NCBI GenBank assembly: GCA_963818095.1
Contig: CAWFRA010000001.1
Coordinates: 7,558 to 71,557 of the forward strand
Source of the DNA: an uncultured delta proteobacterium
Lineage (GTDB): Bacteria; Desulfobacterota; Syntrophorhabdia; Syntrophorhabdales; WCHB1-27
DNA: 64,000 bases
Direction: 5' to 3'
The position numbers and the translations under genes were made by a program. Below, in pieces: positions 1 through 9,463 of this stretch. The notes beneath the pieces were generated by a model. That model worked only from the letters and a program-made list of their open reading frames with translations. It made no database searches and was not told the origin of the DNA. Each line of letters begins with the position of its first letter. Within the stretch, counting starts at the first letter, position 1.

Positions 1-1
1 G

Positions 2-1735
2 GCGGGGACGCCGCTCGCCAACTATACCTGGACCTTCACGACTGCGGCTGCTCCCTCCACCACCCCTCCGACGGTGGTGCTCGTCACGCCGGAGAACGGC
101 ACGATGAACGTGCCGACAAATACGGTGATCGTAGCGGTCTTCAGCGAGCCGATGAACGCGTCCACGATAAACAGCACCAACCTTACGGTCGGCGGCGTCA
201 CGGGCACGGTCTATTACAGCCCTTCGACGTATACCGCGACCTTCACCCCGTCGTCGCCCCTTGCCGCGAGCACCACTTATACCGCCGCCGTTTCATCGGC
301 AGTGCGGGACCAGTCGGCCAACCACGTAGCCGGCCTGTCCTGGAGCTTCACGACCGGCACGGCGGCCGACTCGACGAGCCCCTACGTCATGACTGTGGTC
401 CCCGCAAATAACGCGGCCAATATCCCGGCCAACAGCGTCATCCGGGCCACGTTCAGCGAGCCTGTGAATGTAACGACGACTACTTTCGTCCTCGAAGCGG
501 GCGGCGTCGTGCCGGTGACGGGGACGGTGGACGTCGTAGGCAACGTGGCTACGTTTACTCCCGACAGCCCCATCGCTTCCCCGTACAGCTATACGGCGAC
601 CATAAGTACGGGCGTTCAGGACCTTGCGGGCAACCATATGACTGCCGACTACTCATGGACCTTCACGACTGTAAGTACCCCCGCCGCCGCTCCGGGAAGC
701 CTCCCGAATTCGGTGAAAGTCGGGAGCGTGACAGGCACGGGCGACATAACGATAACCGTGCCGGCGGGCGTGACCCTGTCTACTTCCAGCGTGCAGGCGG
801 TCTCGGACGGTCTTCGTTCCCTCAACAATGCGAACAGGCCGGCCGGCCTTCTCTTCCCCGACGGCATGGTCCAATTCACGGCCACGGGCGTTACGACATC
901 GCAGATCACCGTTACCGTAACGTTTCCGACGGTTATCTCCAGGGACGCCCGCATCTATAAGGTCGGTTCCTCCGGGTTCTACGACTTCACGTCCTATGCG
1001 ACGATAAGCGGCAATACGGTCACCCTTACCCTGACGGACGGCGGGCCGGGGGACGACGACGGCGTCAGCGTAGCCAACGGCACTATCATAGACCCCATAG
1101 GCGTAGGCAACCCCAGTCCCAGCACGCCGGCTATGCTGAGCTGGGGCTTCCCCACCGTCGCCATCGGATATTGGAACGCCCAGGCTTTCACGATGTCCGA
1201 GACAAACGGGGGCCTGCTTTCCATCGGGACGATAGCCCTTTCCGGACCCGACCAGAGCCAGTTCAGGATCACGAGCGACACCTGCTCGGGAGCGACGCTG
1301 AGCATGAGCTCCTGCACTTATGTAGTGGCCTTCGTTCCCACGTCCACAGGGGCCAAGAGCGCCACCATCTCCACCACGTCGAACGCGTCGGCCCTATCCG
1401 GCGCGCTAAGCGGAAGCGCCACTCCCGCACCGGCAGCGACGGCCGCCGCGTCAAGCGGCGGAGGCGGCGGGAATACCTGCTTCATCGCGACTGCGGCTTA
1501 CGGCTCATACCTCGATCCCCACGTAGCGGCACTGCGGGCGTTCAGGGACAGGCGGCTGCTGACATGCGCAGCAGGGCGGGCGTTCACAGCGTTCTACTAC
1601 AAACATTCACCGCCGGTAGCGCAGTTCATCGCGCAGCACGAGAGCCTACGGGTGGCGACACGGTGCGTGCTAACCCCGATAGTCTACAGCGTAGAGCATC
1701 CGTATCTGCTGTTCATCTTCGCGGGCATAGCATAG
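2..1735 (+). CDS. Surface/secreted protein with tandem SbsA/Big_5-type Ig-like repeats and a C-terminal CFIATAAYG-motif region; 5' end runs off the window
   Basis: The frame stays open back to nt 2 (..ANYTWTFTT ends an upstream repeat). Repeats follow the pattern PxNG/NxxNVPxNxVIxAxFSEPMN...YSWTFTT. C-terminus is [35 protein letters not shown] plus a hydrophobic tail. Confidence 0.7.
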   Translation, partial: AGTPLANYTWTFTTAAAPSTTPPTVVLVTPENGTMNVPTNTVIVAVFSEPMNASTINSTNLTVGGVTGTVYYSPSTYTATFTPSSPLAASTTYTAAVSSAVRDQSANHVAGLSWSFTTGTAADSTSPYVMTVVPANNAANIPANSVIRATFSEPVNVTTTTFVLEAGGVVPVTGTVDVVGNVATFTPDSPIASPYSYTATISTGVQDLAGNHMTADYSWTFTTVSTPAAAPGSLPNSVKVGSVTGTGDITITVPAGVTLSTSSVQAVSDGLRSLNNANRPAGLLFPDGMVQFTATGVTTSQITVTVTFPTVISRDARIYKVGSSGFYDFTSYATISGNTVTLTLTDGGPGDDDGVSVANGTIIDPIGVGNPSPSTPAMLSWGFPTVAIGYWNAQAFTMSETNGGLLSIGTIALSGPDQSQFRITSDTCSGATLSMSSCTYVVAFVPTSTGAKSATISTTSNASALSGALSGSATPAPAATAAASSGGGGGNTCFIATAAYGSYLDPHVAALRAFRDRRLLTCAAGRAFTAFYYKHSPPVAQFIAQHESLRVATRCVLTPIVYSVEHPYLLFIFAGIA

Positions 1736-1794
1736 CGGGGAGGGTAGGTGGCGGGGCTACAAACGCGTCTGAAGTAAAAAGCTAAAAGCTAAAA

Positions 1795-2040
1795 ACAAAT
1801 GCGGAGTACTGCGGGCGGCTGGACTCGCGCCTGCTGCCGGTGGAGGGGGCGCTCAGCCCCAATGATAGCGGCGCTCCTCCGGCCGCGACCGCCGCTAACG
1901 GAAGCAGCTACGCTGCGCGTTTCTTTGGCGGCGGTAAGGGCGGGTTGTGCTAAGGATATAGTTGGGATACTGCCCTTTCTATCTCCCTCTCCCCTTGGGG
2001 GAGAGGGTCGGGTGAGGGTGTCATTAACTTTCCCTGCCGG
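1795..2040. repeat. Composite intergenic repeat (family C); partial copies near 2560-2650, 18003-18090 and 63399-63450
   Basis: Shared strings gcggagtactgcgggcggctgg, ggactcgcgcctgctgc, ggagggggcgct(c/g)agccccaatgat and gggttgtgcta recur at the listed sites. It ends in the ccctctccccttgggggagagggt palindrome. Confidence 0.6.
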
Positions 2041-2443
2041 GCTTATCTTCCTCTTTTGGCTCGTGCTGCGCATATAGAATTTCTCTCAGGTTTTTCCGGG
2101 CCTCTGGGTAATCGGGCTTGATTGCCAGGGCCTTTCGGTATGCCGCCTCGGCCTCTGCGGGCCGGCCGCGGTCGTGGAGGATTACACCCAGGTTGGCCTG
2201 CGCCTCCACGTCCTTCGGCAGGAACGCGGCAGCCTTGCGCAAGGGCTCGACTGCTTCTTCGTTCTTCCCCTGCATCGCAAGCACCGCGCCGAGGAGCTTC
2301 CAGGCCATCCCGCTGCCGGGGACGCGCGCCGTCACCTTTTTCGTAAGTCTCTCCGCCTCGCCGTAACGCCCATGATTGACCAGATCGACCGCCGTGTCGA
2401 TCGCCCTCACCAATTTGTTCGTTGTCATCATCTGCATCCTCAC
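2024..2443 (-). CDS. TPR-repeat protein
   Basis: 139 aa with typical TPR strings (AWKLLGAVLAMQGKNEEAVEPLRKAAAFLPKDVEAQANLGVILHDRGRPAEAEAAYRKALAIKPDYPEA). Confidence 0.75.
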   Translation of the reverse strand: MRMQMMTTNKLVRAIDTAVDLVNHGRYGEAERLTKKVTARVPGSGMAWKLLGAVLAMQGKNEEAVEPLRKAAAFLPKDVEAQANLGVILHDRGRPAEAEAAYRKALAIKPDYPEARKNLREILYAQHEPKEEDKPGRES

Positions 2444-2653
2444 AAGACAGGCTACCGTGTCTACCGTAAGTTAGTTCCCTGTCCGTGAAACGGCAATAAA
2501 TAACAGCCGGATAGCATCCGCCTGCGGCGCTGGCCCACGAATGACCCTGCTGAAAGCAGCAGGGTCATAAAGCAAGCGAATGCGCCGCGCCGAGGGGGGA
2601 GGCTCCATGCGGCTTCGCCGCTGGAGGGGGCGCTGAGCCCCAATGATTGCCGC

Positions 2654-4627
2654 TTGTGGTCCGGACCCGATTTGCGCTATATTGACGGCGTGTCAATGGA
2701 AGAAACAGATCGCACGCAGGGCGTATCGCTTAGACGGATATACAGCCGGTTGCTGCCGCTCATGGCCCGCCCTGACGAGACCTACCTCGTCCAGTCCGTC
2801 GAGGCACAGGCCCTTTTCGTCTGCCGCGAGGACACCATAGTCGAGCGGTATGCGGCTTCGACGTCGCGCTTCGGCACGGGCATCCGCGAGAACTCGTTCA
2901 AGACCCCGCCGGGCGTCCACCGCATCAAAGAGAAGATAGGCGCAGGCGCGCCCCTGGGCCGCATTTTCAGGGACCGCGCGGATACGGGCGCTGACTGGGA
3001 CGGCGCATCTAAAGAAGAGAACCTGATACTCACCCGCATCATGCGGCTCGAAGGACTTGAAGCCGGGATCAACAAAGGCCCCGGCGTCGATTCCTTCGAA
3101 CGTTTTATTTACATCCACGGAACGAACCGGGAAGACCTCATAGGGACGCCGCTCACGCACGGCTGCATCGCGCTGCGCAACAGCGACGTCGTCCGCCTCT
3201 TCGACATCGCGGCTGAAGGCATGCTCGTTTACATCGACCCCCCGGCCATAAACATCGGCACGCGGCAGGCGCGAAGCGTCCATTTTACGGGCATCTTCGG
3301 CACAGGCATGAGCGCCCTGGCGCAATACCTGCGGTTCCTTGGCATCACCGTGTCCGGCTCCGACCGCCTCCTGGCAAGCGACGACACGGCAGCCATGCGC
3401 GCAAGCCTGGAAGCACTCGGCGTGCGCATCGCAGGCCAGGACGGCTCCGGCGTCGGGCTTGATACGGACGTCGTCTGCGTCTCGACCGCGATAGAAGAGA
3501 CAAACCCCGACATCGCGGCAGCGGCCCGCTGCGGCGCTCCCGTCGTGCACCGCTCGGACCTGCTCGCCGCGATCATCGGCATGTGCCGGACGGTCGCGGT
3601 GGCGGGCACCAGCGGCAAATCGACAGTAACGGCAATCGTCTTCGAGTTGCTGACTGCGTGCGGCAAATCACCCTCGCTTATAAGCGGCGCGCCCCTGAGA
3701 AGGCTCGAGAGGCAGGGGCTTATCGGCAACGCGTGGAGCGGCGCGTCGGACCTTTTGATCGTCGAGGCGGACGAGAGCGACGGTACCATCGTCAAGTACG
3801 CGCCGGAGGCGGCCGTTGTGCTCAACGTGTCGAAAGACCACAAGGGCGTCGATGAGCTTAAAGGGCTTTTCGCGACGCTCCTTTCACGCACCCGCTGGAG
3901 CGCGACGAACGCGGACGACCCCGTGCTCGCATCATTGCCTGCGACGGTGCGCTTCGGCCTGGCATCGGCCTCTGCCGGGTGGCGGCCGGAAGCAACCGAG
4001 CTGCTTCCCGCGTCAGTGCGCCTCGTCAGAGGCGGCGTCCGATACGACCTGCCCTTACCCGGCAGGCACAACCTGGAAAACCTGGCGGCAGCGCTCTGCG
4101 TATGCGAATACCTCGGCTGCGACGGCGACGGTCTGGCGCAGGCAGTGAAGGGCTTCGAGGGGACGGCGCGGCGCTTTGACATTACGCAGACGAAAGGGCG
4201 CGTGACCGTGATCGACGATTTCGCGCACAACCCGGCCAAGATAACGGCCGCGCTGACCGCAGCAAAGGGGCTGTCCGCGCGCATCATCGCCGTCTACCAA
4301 CCCCACGGCTTCGGCCCTACGCGCTTTTTAAAAGACGAATACATAGCCGCGTTCAGGGCCGCCATGCAGCCGGGCGATTCCCTTTATTTGCTGCCCATTT
4401 ATTACGCCGGCGGGACTGCGCAGAAAAACATATCATCGGAAGAGATCGTCGAGGCCCTGGGCAAGACGGAGTTTAGGGCAAAAGCGATTAAAGACAGAGA
4501 CGAGCTGCTCGTAACGCTGAAAGCGGACGCACACCCCGGCGATGCCGTAATAATAATGGGCGCGCGCGATCCGTCCTTACCGGCCCTGGTCCACCAAACA
4601 ATAAAACTCTTCGGCGGACAAGCGTAG
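2654..4627 (+). CDS. Fusion of a YkuD-type L,D-transpeptidase-fold domain to a MurC/Mpl-type Mur ligase; no signal peptide
   Basis: N-terminal YkuD catalytic motif IHGTNREDLIGTPLTHGCIALRN. This is followed by the Mur ligase N-domain FTGIFGTGMSALAQYL, P-loop VAGTSGKSTV, EADESDGT, DDFAHNP and YQPHGFGPTRF. The start could be ATG at 2696 instead of TTG at 2654. Confidence 0.8.
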   Translation: MWSGPDLRYIDGVSMEETDRTQGVSLRRIYSRLLPLMARPDETYLVQSVEAQALFVCREDTIVERYAASTSRFGTGIRENSFKTPPGVHRIKEKIGAGAPLGRIFRDRADTGADWDGASKEENLILTRIMRLEGLEAGINKGPGVDSFERFIYIHGTNREDLIGTPLTHGCIALRNSDVVRLFDIAAEGMLVYIDPPAINIGTRQARSVHFTGIFGTGMSALAQYLRFLGITVSGSDRLLASDDTAAMRASLEALGVRIAGQDGSGVGLDTDVVCVSTAIEETNPDIAAAARCGAPVVHRSDLLAAIIGMCRTVAVAGTSGKSTVTAIVFELLTACGKSPSLISGAPLRRLERQGLIGNAWSGASDLLIVEADESDGTIVKYAPEAAVVLNVSKDHKGVDELKGLFATLLSRTRWSATNADDPVLASLPATVRFGLASASAGWRPEATELLPASVRLVRGGVRYDLPLPGRHNLENLAAALCVCEYLGCDGDGLAQAVKGFEGTARRFDITQTKGRVTVIDDFAHNPAKITAALTAAKGLSARIIAVYQPHGFGPTRFLKDEYIAAFRAAMQPGDSLYLLPIYYAGGTAQKNISSEEIVEALGKTEFRAKAIKDRDELLVTLKADAHPGDAVIIMGARDPSLPALVHQTIKLFGGQA

Positions 4628-4780
4628 GGGCCGGAGGACATTTCAAAAGGGCGGCCGGAAATTTCCGATGGATTTCGCGTTGTTTTTCGAAGGCGAGAGC
4701 CGGAGCGTACGTTTTCTGTACGTGAGGACTCGCGCCGAGAAAAACGACGCGAAAGGCGCGAAAAGATCCGGCCGCCCCCC
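4627..4780 (+). repeat. MITE/REP-like element, family A copy 1
   Basis: Core ggagcgtacg-N6-gtacgtgaggactcgcg...cgacgcgaaaggcgcgaaaagatcc is bounded by ggggccgg/ccggccgcccc ends. It fills the gap between two convergent genes. Confidence 0.65.
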
Positions 4781-5560
4781 TTATTGTTTCGTGATTTGGC
4801 GGGCGTACAGGTCGTCGCCCTTTAAATAGCGCAGGGTCACGGTGTCGCCCACCGCTATCTCGCTCCCCATCCGGGAAACAGGCACCCTTCTGCCTTTTAC
4901 TACTACTACCGTGTCGGACTGTATCGCTGCGCCGACGGTCATGTGTCCGCTCGACCTGCCTGTCTTTATCACTATGCCGCCTGCGTCGTCCAGGGCTACG
5001 ACCGTGCCCGTCTCCGTCAGTATCCTTCCGCCGCCGGCGTGGCGCTCCGCGACGGCCATGCTGCTGACGCGGCCCTTTTTCCTCGGCTTTTCGGCGGGCG
5101 GATCGGGCTCTGCCTGCGGGTCAAAGTCTGCCTGCGGCTCCTCCGGCCCTATTGCCTCGACAGCTCCGGCCTGGCTCGAAGCCGTGATCCTGTATCTGAT
5201 CTCGCCGTCGAAGCCGTCGGCGAAGTCCTTGGCCACGTGCCACGTGATCCGTTTGTGCTTGCCTACCTTAACGGTACCATAGTCTCCAGTCAGGTGAAGC
5301 TCGTTTTCCGGGTAATCCTTGCCGTCCAGGATGAGGACGACGCTGACCTCGGCGTCTTTCTCGCCCTTATGGCCGACGAGGTCGTATGTGAATACGGCGT
5401 TGCCGCTCCTCTCGCTCGGCTTGATGTTGCGCACCTCGGCCGCACTGCACGGCAAGGCCGCTGATACGAGGGCGGCGAAGGCCGCTCCCAGGAGAAGAAC
5501 AAGTGCAACGTGAGCGGTCTTTTTCGCGGACCGGCCGCAAGCGCGTTTAATTCCCTTCAT
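4781..5560 (-). CDS. Secreted hypothetical protein
   Basis: ATG at 5560 is preceded by AAGGAGGAGAGA. Signal peptide MKGIKRACGRSAKKTAHVALVLLLGAAFAALVSAALPCSA. I recognise no domain. Confidence 0.6.
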   Translation of the reverse strand: MKGIKRACGRSAKKTAHVALVLLLGAAFAALVSAALPCSAAEVRNIKPSERSGNAVFTYDLVGHKGEKDAEVSVVLILDGKDYPENELHLTGDYGTVKVGKHKRITWHVAKDFADGFDGEIRYRITASSQAGAVEAIGPEEPQADFDPQAEPDPPAEKPRKKGRVSSMAVAERHAGGGRILTETGTVVALDDAGGIVIKTGRSSGHMTVGAAIQSDTVVVVKGRRVPVSRMGSEIAVGDTVTLRYLKGDDLYARQITKQ

Positions 5561-5635
5561 TCTCTCCTCCTTAGGTCGTCCTATCATAGCATCACTTTAT
5601 CAAGATAAGAAAAACCTTGTCAATGAATTTAACTG

Positions 5636-5784
5636 GGGCCGGGACATGCCGGGCTCTTTTCGCGCCTTTTCCCTGTCTCTCGGGCCCGCGCGTCCTCACG
5701 TACAGAACCGTACGCTCCGGGCGGCGACCCCTCGATCACGGTAAAATGCATCGAAAATCGCTCCCGGCCTGTCCCGGCCCCAAT
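5636..5784 (-). repeat. MITE/REP-like element, family A copy 2, inverted, with near-perfect 19-bp terminal inverted repeats
   Basis: Ends are ggggccgggacatgccggg ... cccggcctgtcccggcccc. The interior is the reverse complement of the copy at 11296-11447. Confidence 0.7.
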
Positions 5785-5879
5785 TATCTTTTAAAATCAT
5801 TCCTGCACGCGCCTTTACTCAACCTGCCGGGATATGGTAAGTAATGGCAGATTATCATTGACTTGGATGGGGGTGACGT

Positions 5880-6687
5880 ATGGCGCGCATTCTTAAGAAG
5901 ACGGCATTGGCCCTGCTGCTCGTGTTTTTTGTTGCAGTGCAGGTTTGCGGGGCGGCAGATAAGGCGGGCGTGGTGCTGATGCACGGCAAGGACGGGATAC
6001 CCTCGAACGTGAGCGCCATAGCCGACGCGCTGCGGAAGAACGGCTTTATCGTCGTTACCCCTGAGATGGCGTTCGGGAAGGACCGCCAGTTCGACAAGTC
6101 CTTGGAGGCCTGCGTCCCTGAGATAGACAGCGCGGTAGCCTATCTCAAAAAAGAAGGCGCTAATACGATCTTCATCGGCGGCCACAGTCTCGGGGCGAGT
6201 ATGGCCCTTTATTACGGGGCAAAGACGGCCGTCGCAGGCGTCCTCGCCATCGCGCCCGGCGGTAACACCGGCCACGCGGAGGGCCTCGTCAAGGACGAGA
6301 TCGAACGGGCGCGCAAGATGGCTGCGCAGGGGAAAGGCGACTCTGATAGCCCTTTTCGACGATTACAACCAGGGGATCAGGCACACCAGAAGAACGACCG
6401 CCAACATTTACCTGAGCTACCAGGACCCCGACGGCCCGGCGGTAATCCCCAGGGCCGCAGCGGCCCTTAAGCCGGGCACGCCGCTGCTCTGGGTGGTGGG
6501 AACGAAAGACCCCATGTACGAGAGGGGCGCGTCGTTCGCGTTCGAGAAGGCGCCGGCCGACAGCCGCAGCAAGTACATTGTGATCGAGGCGGCGGGCCAT
6601 ATGGATACCGTCTTCGACACAGGCGCAATAAGGCAGATCGTAGAGTGGATTAACGGGGTCCGGGCCGCAGGCGCGGCTCACCCCTGA
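5880..6687 (+). pseudogene. Alpha/beta hydrolase (dienelactone-hydrolase-like) with one frameshift near 6335-6345
   Basis: Signal peptide, then nucleophile elbow GGHSLGAS. After ..AAQGKG the sensible continuation (ATLIALFDDYNQGIRHTRRTTANIYLSYQDPDGPAV..WVVGTKDPMYERG..EAAGHMD) is in the +1 frame. Confidence 0.7.
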
Positions 6688-6985
6688 AAGGCGGCCGGCC
6701 GAAGTTATCGATAGCGCATTTTTTAGCCGAAAACAGGCGCGCGGCAACACTCCCGAGCTAAGCGCAGGTTGACAATTCGCCTCCCCGTTGCCACATTTAG
6801 CCCTAGGGGAATTACATAGGGGCCGGTGTGGCGGGACGAGAAAAGCGCGCTTTTTTCCCGTCCCGCCACGCACTGACGGACACATCCTGTCAATACAGCG
6901 AAACGACGATCCTCCCGGGCCGCGTCCACCACATTTGCGCGCGGACAAGGCGCACGCCCCTCCCCCTTCAAAGGAGGCTTGCGTC

Positions 6986-7972
6986 ATGAAGCACATCGAG
7001 ATCGCGGCGATCGGCGAGAGCGATTACGATTCCTGGGACAAATTCGTCTCAATCTCCGATAACGGCACCATCTTCCATAAGTCGTACTGGCTGAAGGCGT
7101 CAGGCAGGCCGTTCGACCTCTGGGGCGCGTACCGGTCGGGGAACCTCGTCGGCGGATACGTAGCCTCGCGCAAGAACATCCTGGGGATGCACATGGCCGG
7201 CGCCCCCTTCATGACCTTCTATTCAGGCTTCGTAGTCAAAAAGCCGGAAGGCAGCCTCGTCCATCAGATATCCTTCCAGCAGGAGGTGGCCTCCGCGTTT
7301 GCCAAGTTCCTGCCGGAGCAGTATTCCTGGGGCATATCGCTCTTCGCCCCCGGTGTTGACTGCATGCTCCCCTTCATCTGGGACGATTTCGTCGTGCGGC
7401 CGTGGTACACATACCGCCTCGATATCGGCGACACGGAGAAGGTCTGGCAGGGGCTGCACCAGCAGAGGCGGCAGGCCATAAGGGGCGCGAGGGCGGAGGG
7501 CATGCGCGTGCTGGCGGACGCCTCGACCGACAGGATCATGCTGATAATCGCCCAGACGTACGAGAGGCAGGGGACGCGGTTTCGGACCGAGGAGGCGCGG
7601 GCGTACCTCGACGAGCTGCAAAGGCGCAAGCAGTGCAGGATGTTCCTGTCGGTCGACAAGGACGGGAAAGAGCTGTCTGCGATCTGCGCAGTATGGGACG
7701 AGCACAGGATATACGCGCTGATGGGAGGATTCAGCGATGACAGCAACGGCGGGGCTTCGCCGCTGGCGTGGTGGGAGATGATAAAGTACGCCTCCGGTGA
7801 GCTGGGCCTGAAGGAGCTGGATACCCAGGGCACGCAGTTGCCCAGGCTGGAGGCGTTTCAAAGAAAGTACGGGTGCAGCCTGATTCCGCACTACGAGATA
7901 AGATGGGGCAAGGCAATCGGAACCCTGGTGGGACTGAATAAGTTTATCTCGCACCTGATGGTGCTGATATAA
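6986..7972 (+). CDS. FemAB-like / GNAT-fold (Acetyltransf_6-like) acyltransferase
   Basis: ATG at 6986 follows AAGGAGG (6971-6977). Size (~328 aa) and the N-terminal pattern MKHIEIAAIGESDYDSWDKFVSISDNGTIFHKSYWL resemble FemAB/BioF2-like families. Assigned from memory only. Confidence 0.5.
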   Translation: MKHIEIAAIGESDYDSWDKFVSISDNGTIFHKSYWLKASGRPFDLWGAYRSGNLVGGYVASRKNILGMHMAGAPFMTFYSGFVVKKPEGSLVHQISFQQEVASAFAKFLPEQYSWGISLFAPGVDCMLPFIWDDFVVRPWYTYRLDIGDTEKVWQGLHQQRRQAIRGARAEGMRVLADASTDRIMLIIAQTYERQGTRFRTEEARAYLDELQRRKQCRMFLSVDKDGKELSAICAVWDEHRIYALMGGFSDDSNGGASPLAWWEMIKYASGELGLKELDTQGTQLPRLEAFQRKYGCSLIPHYEIRWGKAIGTLVGLNKFISHLMVLI

Positions 7973-7973
7973 A

Positions 7974-9239
7974 TTAGTTCTCGGGGAGGTACACGCTCAC
8001 CGTCGTACCCTTCCCCTCCTCACTCTCTATGTCAATCTGCCCGTCGTGTTTCTTCACTATGCCGTAGGCTACGGACAGCCCCAGGCCCAGGCTTTCGCCC
8101 GACGCCTTCGTCGTGAAGAAGGGCTCGAAGACGCGATGGATTACCCTCTCCCCGATGCCCTTCCCCGTATCCTGTACCCTAAGAAGAATGTACGGCCCTT
8201 TGTTCAACCCGACGGGCAGCTTCTCCGCTTCCGCCCTCTCGACGCTTATCTCGATCTCTCCCTTTGTCTCTTCCACGGCTGCCACCGCGTTGGCGCAGAG
8301 GTTCGTCACCAGCTGCTCTATTTTTACCGCATCGGCAAGGATGGCAGGCAGCGTATCGCCCAGGCGCACCGACAGCCGAATCGAGTCTCCCATCGACGCT
8401 TCAAGCCGTTCGACTGCTTTTGCGACTACCTCGCCGAGATCGATCTTTTCTTTGCTCACGTTCTTCTGCCGGCTGAAGGAGATCAGCGCCCTTGTCGTCT
8501 CGCGCACCCTCATCGCCGCCTTGAGGATATGGTCCAGGCTCTCATGCACCTTTTCATCCTCGGCGTCCTCCAGGGCCAGCTCGGCATAGCCTACGATCAC
8601 CGTAAGGGCATTATTGATCTCATGGGCGATGCCTCCCGCCATCGTCGATAAGGCGTCCATCCTGTCATTCCCCGTCCGCGCCCGTTCCCGCTCCTCGGTC
8701 TCTTTCCTCCCCGTCATATCGATAAGGGCGATGTGAAAAATCGCTTCGCCGGAGGAACACCGAAGCGCCTGAGCACAGAGGAGCACGCAAATCGGCTTGC
8801 CGTCGCGCCCTCCCACGAAGACCTCGGCCATCTCTTTTTCCGAGCCTTTTCTCATCTTATGGAGGAGGTCCAGGAAGATAGGCTTCGAGTCCGGCGCCAT
8901 ACACAGCGAGAACGGCCTGCGGAGGAGAAACTTTTTGTTCCTGACCGACAAAAGAGACACGGCCGCCGCATTGAAGTCCTGGATGGCCCCCGCCATATCC
9001 ACAATGAAGCAGGAAACGGGCGATGACTCAAAGTACCGGGCATACTTTGTCCGGGCCTCCTCGACCACCTGCTGCATCTCGATCAGGTTCTGGTTCTGCA
9101 TCTCCAGCTCGATCTTGTGCAGGCGCAGCTCGTGGAACATGGTCCCTACGCTTCTCTCCATCTCGTCCAGGTACATGTCCGGTTTCATTCGCAGCATTTC
9201 TTCCGCTGCCGATCTCAGCGGGACGTCGTCTTTTTCCAT
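7974..9239 (-). CDS. PAS-domain sensor histidine kinase
   Basis: Coiled coil plus PAS, H-box GGIAHEINNALTVIVGYAELAL, N-box LVTNLCANAVAA, G-boxes DTGKGI and GLGLSVAYGIV. Confidence 0.85.
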   Translation of the reverse strand: MEKDDVPLRSAAEEMLRMKPDMYLDEMERSVGTMFHELRLHKIELEMQNQNLIEMQQVVEEARTKYARYFESSPVSCFIVDMAGAIQDFNAAAVSLLSVRNKKFLLRRPFSLCMAPDSKPIFLDLLHKMRKGSEKEMAEVFVGGRDGKPICVLLCAQALRCSSGEAIFHIALIDMTGRKETEERERARTGNDRMDALSTMAGGIAHEINNALTVIVGYAELALEDAEDEKVHESLDHILKAAMRVRETTRALISFSRQKNVSKEKIDLGEVVAKAVERLEASMGDSIRLSVRLGDTLPAILADAVKIEQLVTNLCANAVAAVEETKGEIEISVERAEAEKLPVGLNKGPYILLRVQDTGKGIGERVIHRVFEPFFTTKASGESLGLGLSVAYGIVKKHDGQIDIESEEGKGTTVSVYLPEN

Positions 9240-9323
9240 TGCGGGTTTGACCTCTCGTTAATAGCGACCCTGAGCCGGGTCGTCGCGGCGTGCGAACGTG
9301 CACGAAAAGGACCGGAGCCATTG

Positions 9324-9362
9324 GAAGAAGAAGAAGAAGAAGAAGAAAACGAAAAGAAGAAA
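9324..9362. repeat. (GAA)8 trinucleotide microsatellite plus degenerate GAA-rich tail
   Basis: gaagaagaagaagaagaagaagaa, then aacgaaaagaagaaag. It lies ~85 nt upstream of the start of the minus-strand kinase gene. Confidence 0.9.
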
Positions 9363-9463
9363 GCCATGCCGTAGCTCTACAGTGATTTACCTTCCGGATG
9401 CACCCGGATACATATTGTCGCAAGGATAGAGAATGATATCATCATTGTAATGCTTGTCAATAG

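Noticed and set aside
1789-2077. ORFs lying entirely in intergenic repeats: 1789-2073(-), 1799-2077(+), 13885-14127 (both strands), 11075-11270, 60167-60436 and 56612-56955.
   Set aside because: They translate repeat-element sequence (e.g. ..IPAEAGIQ.., ..PSPLGGEGRVRV..) that recurs at several loci in different contexts. They are best explained as REP/MITE-type DNA, not genes.
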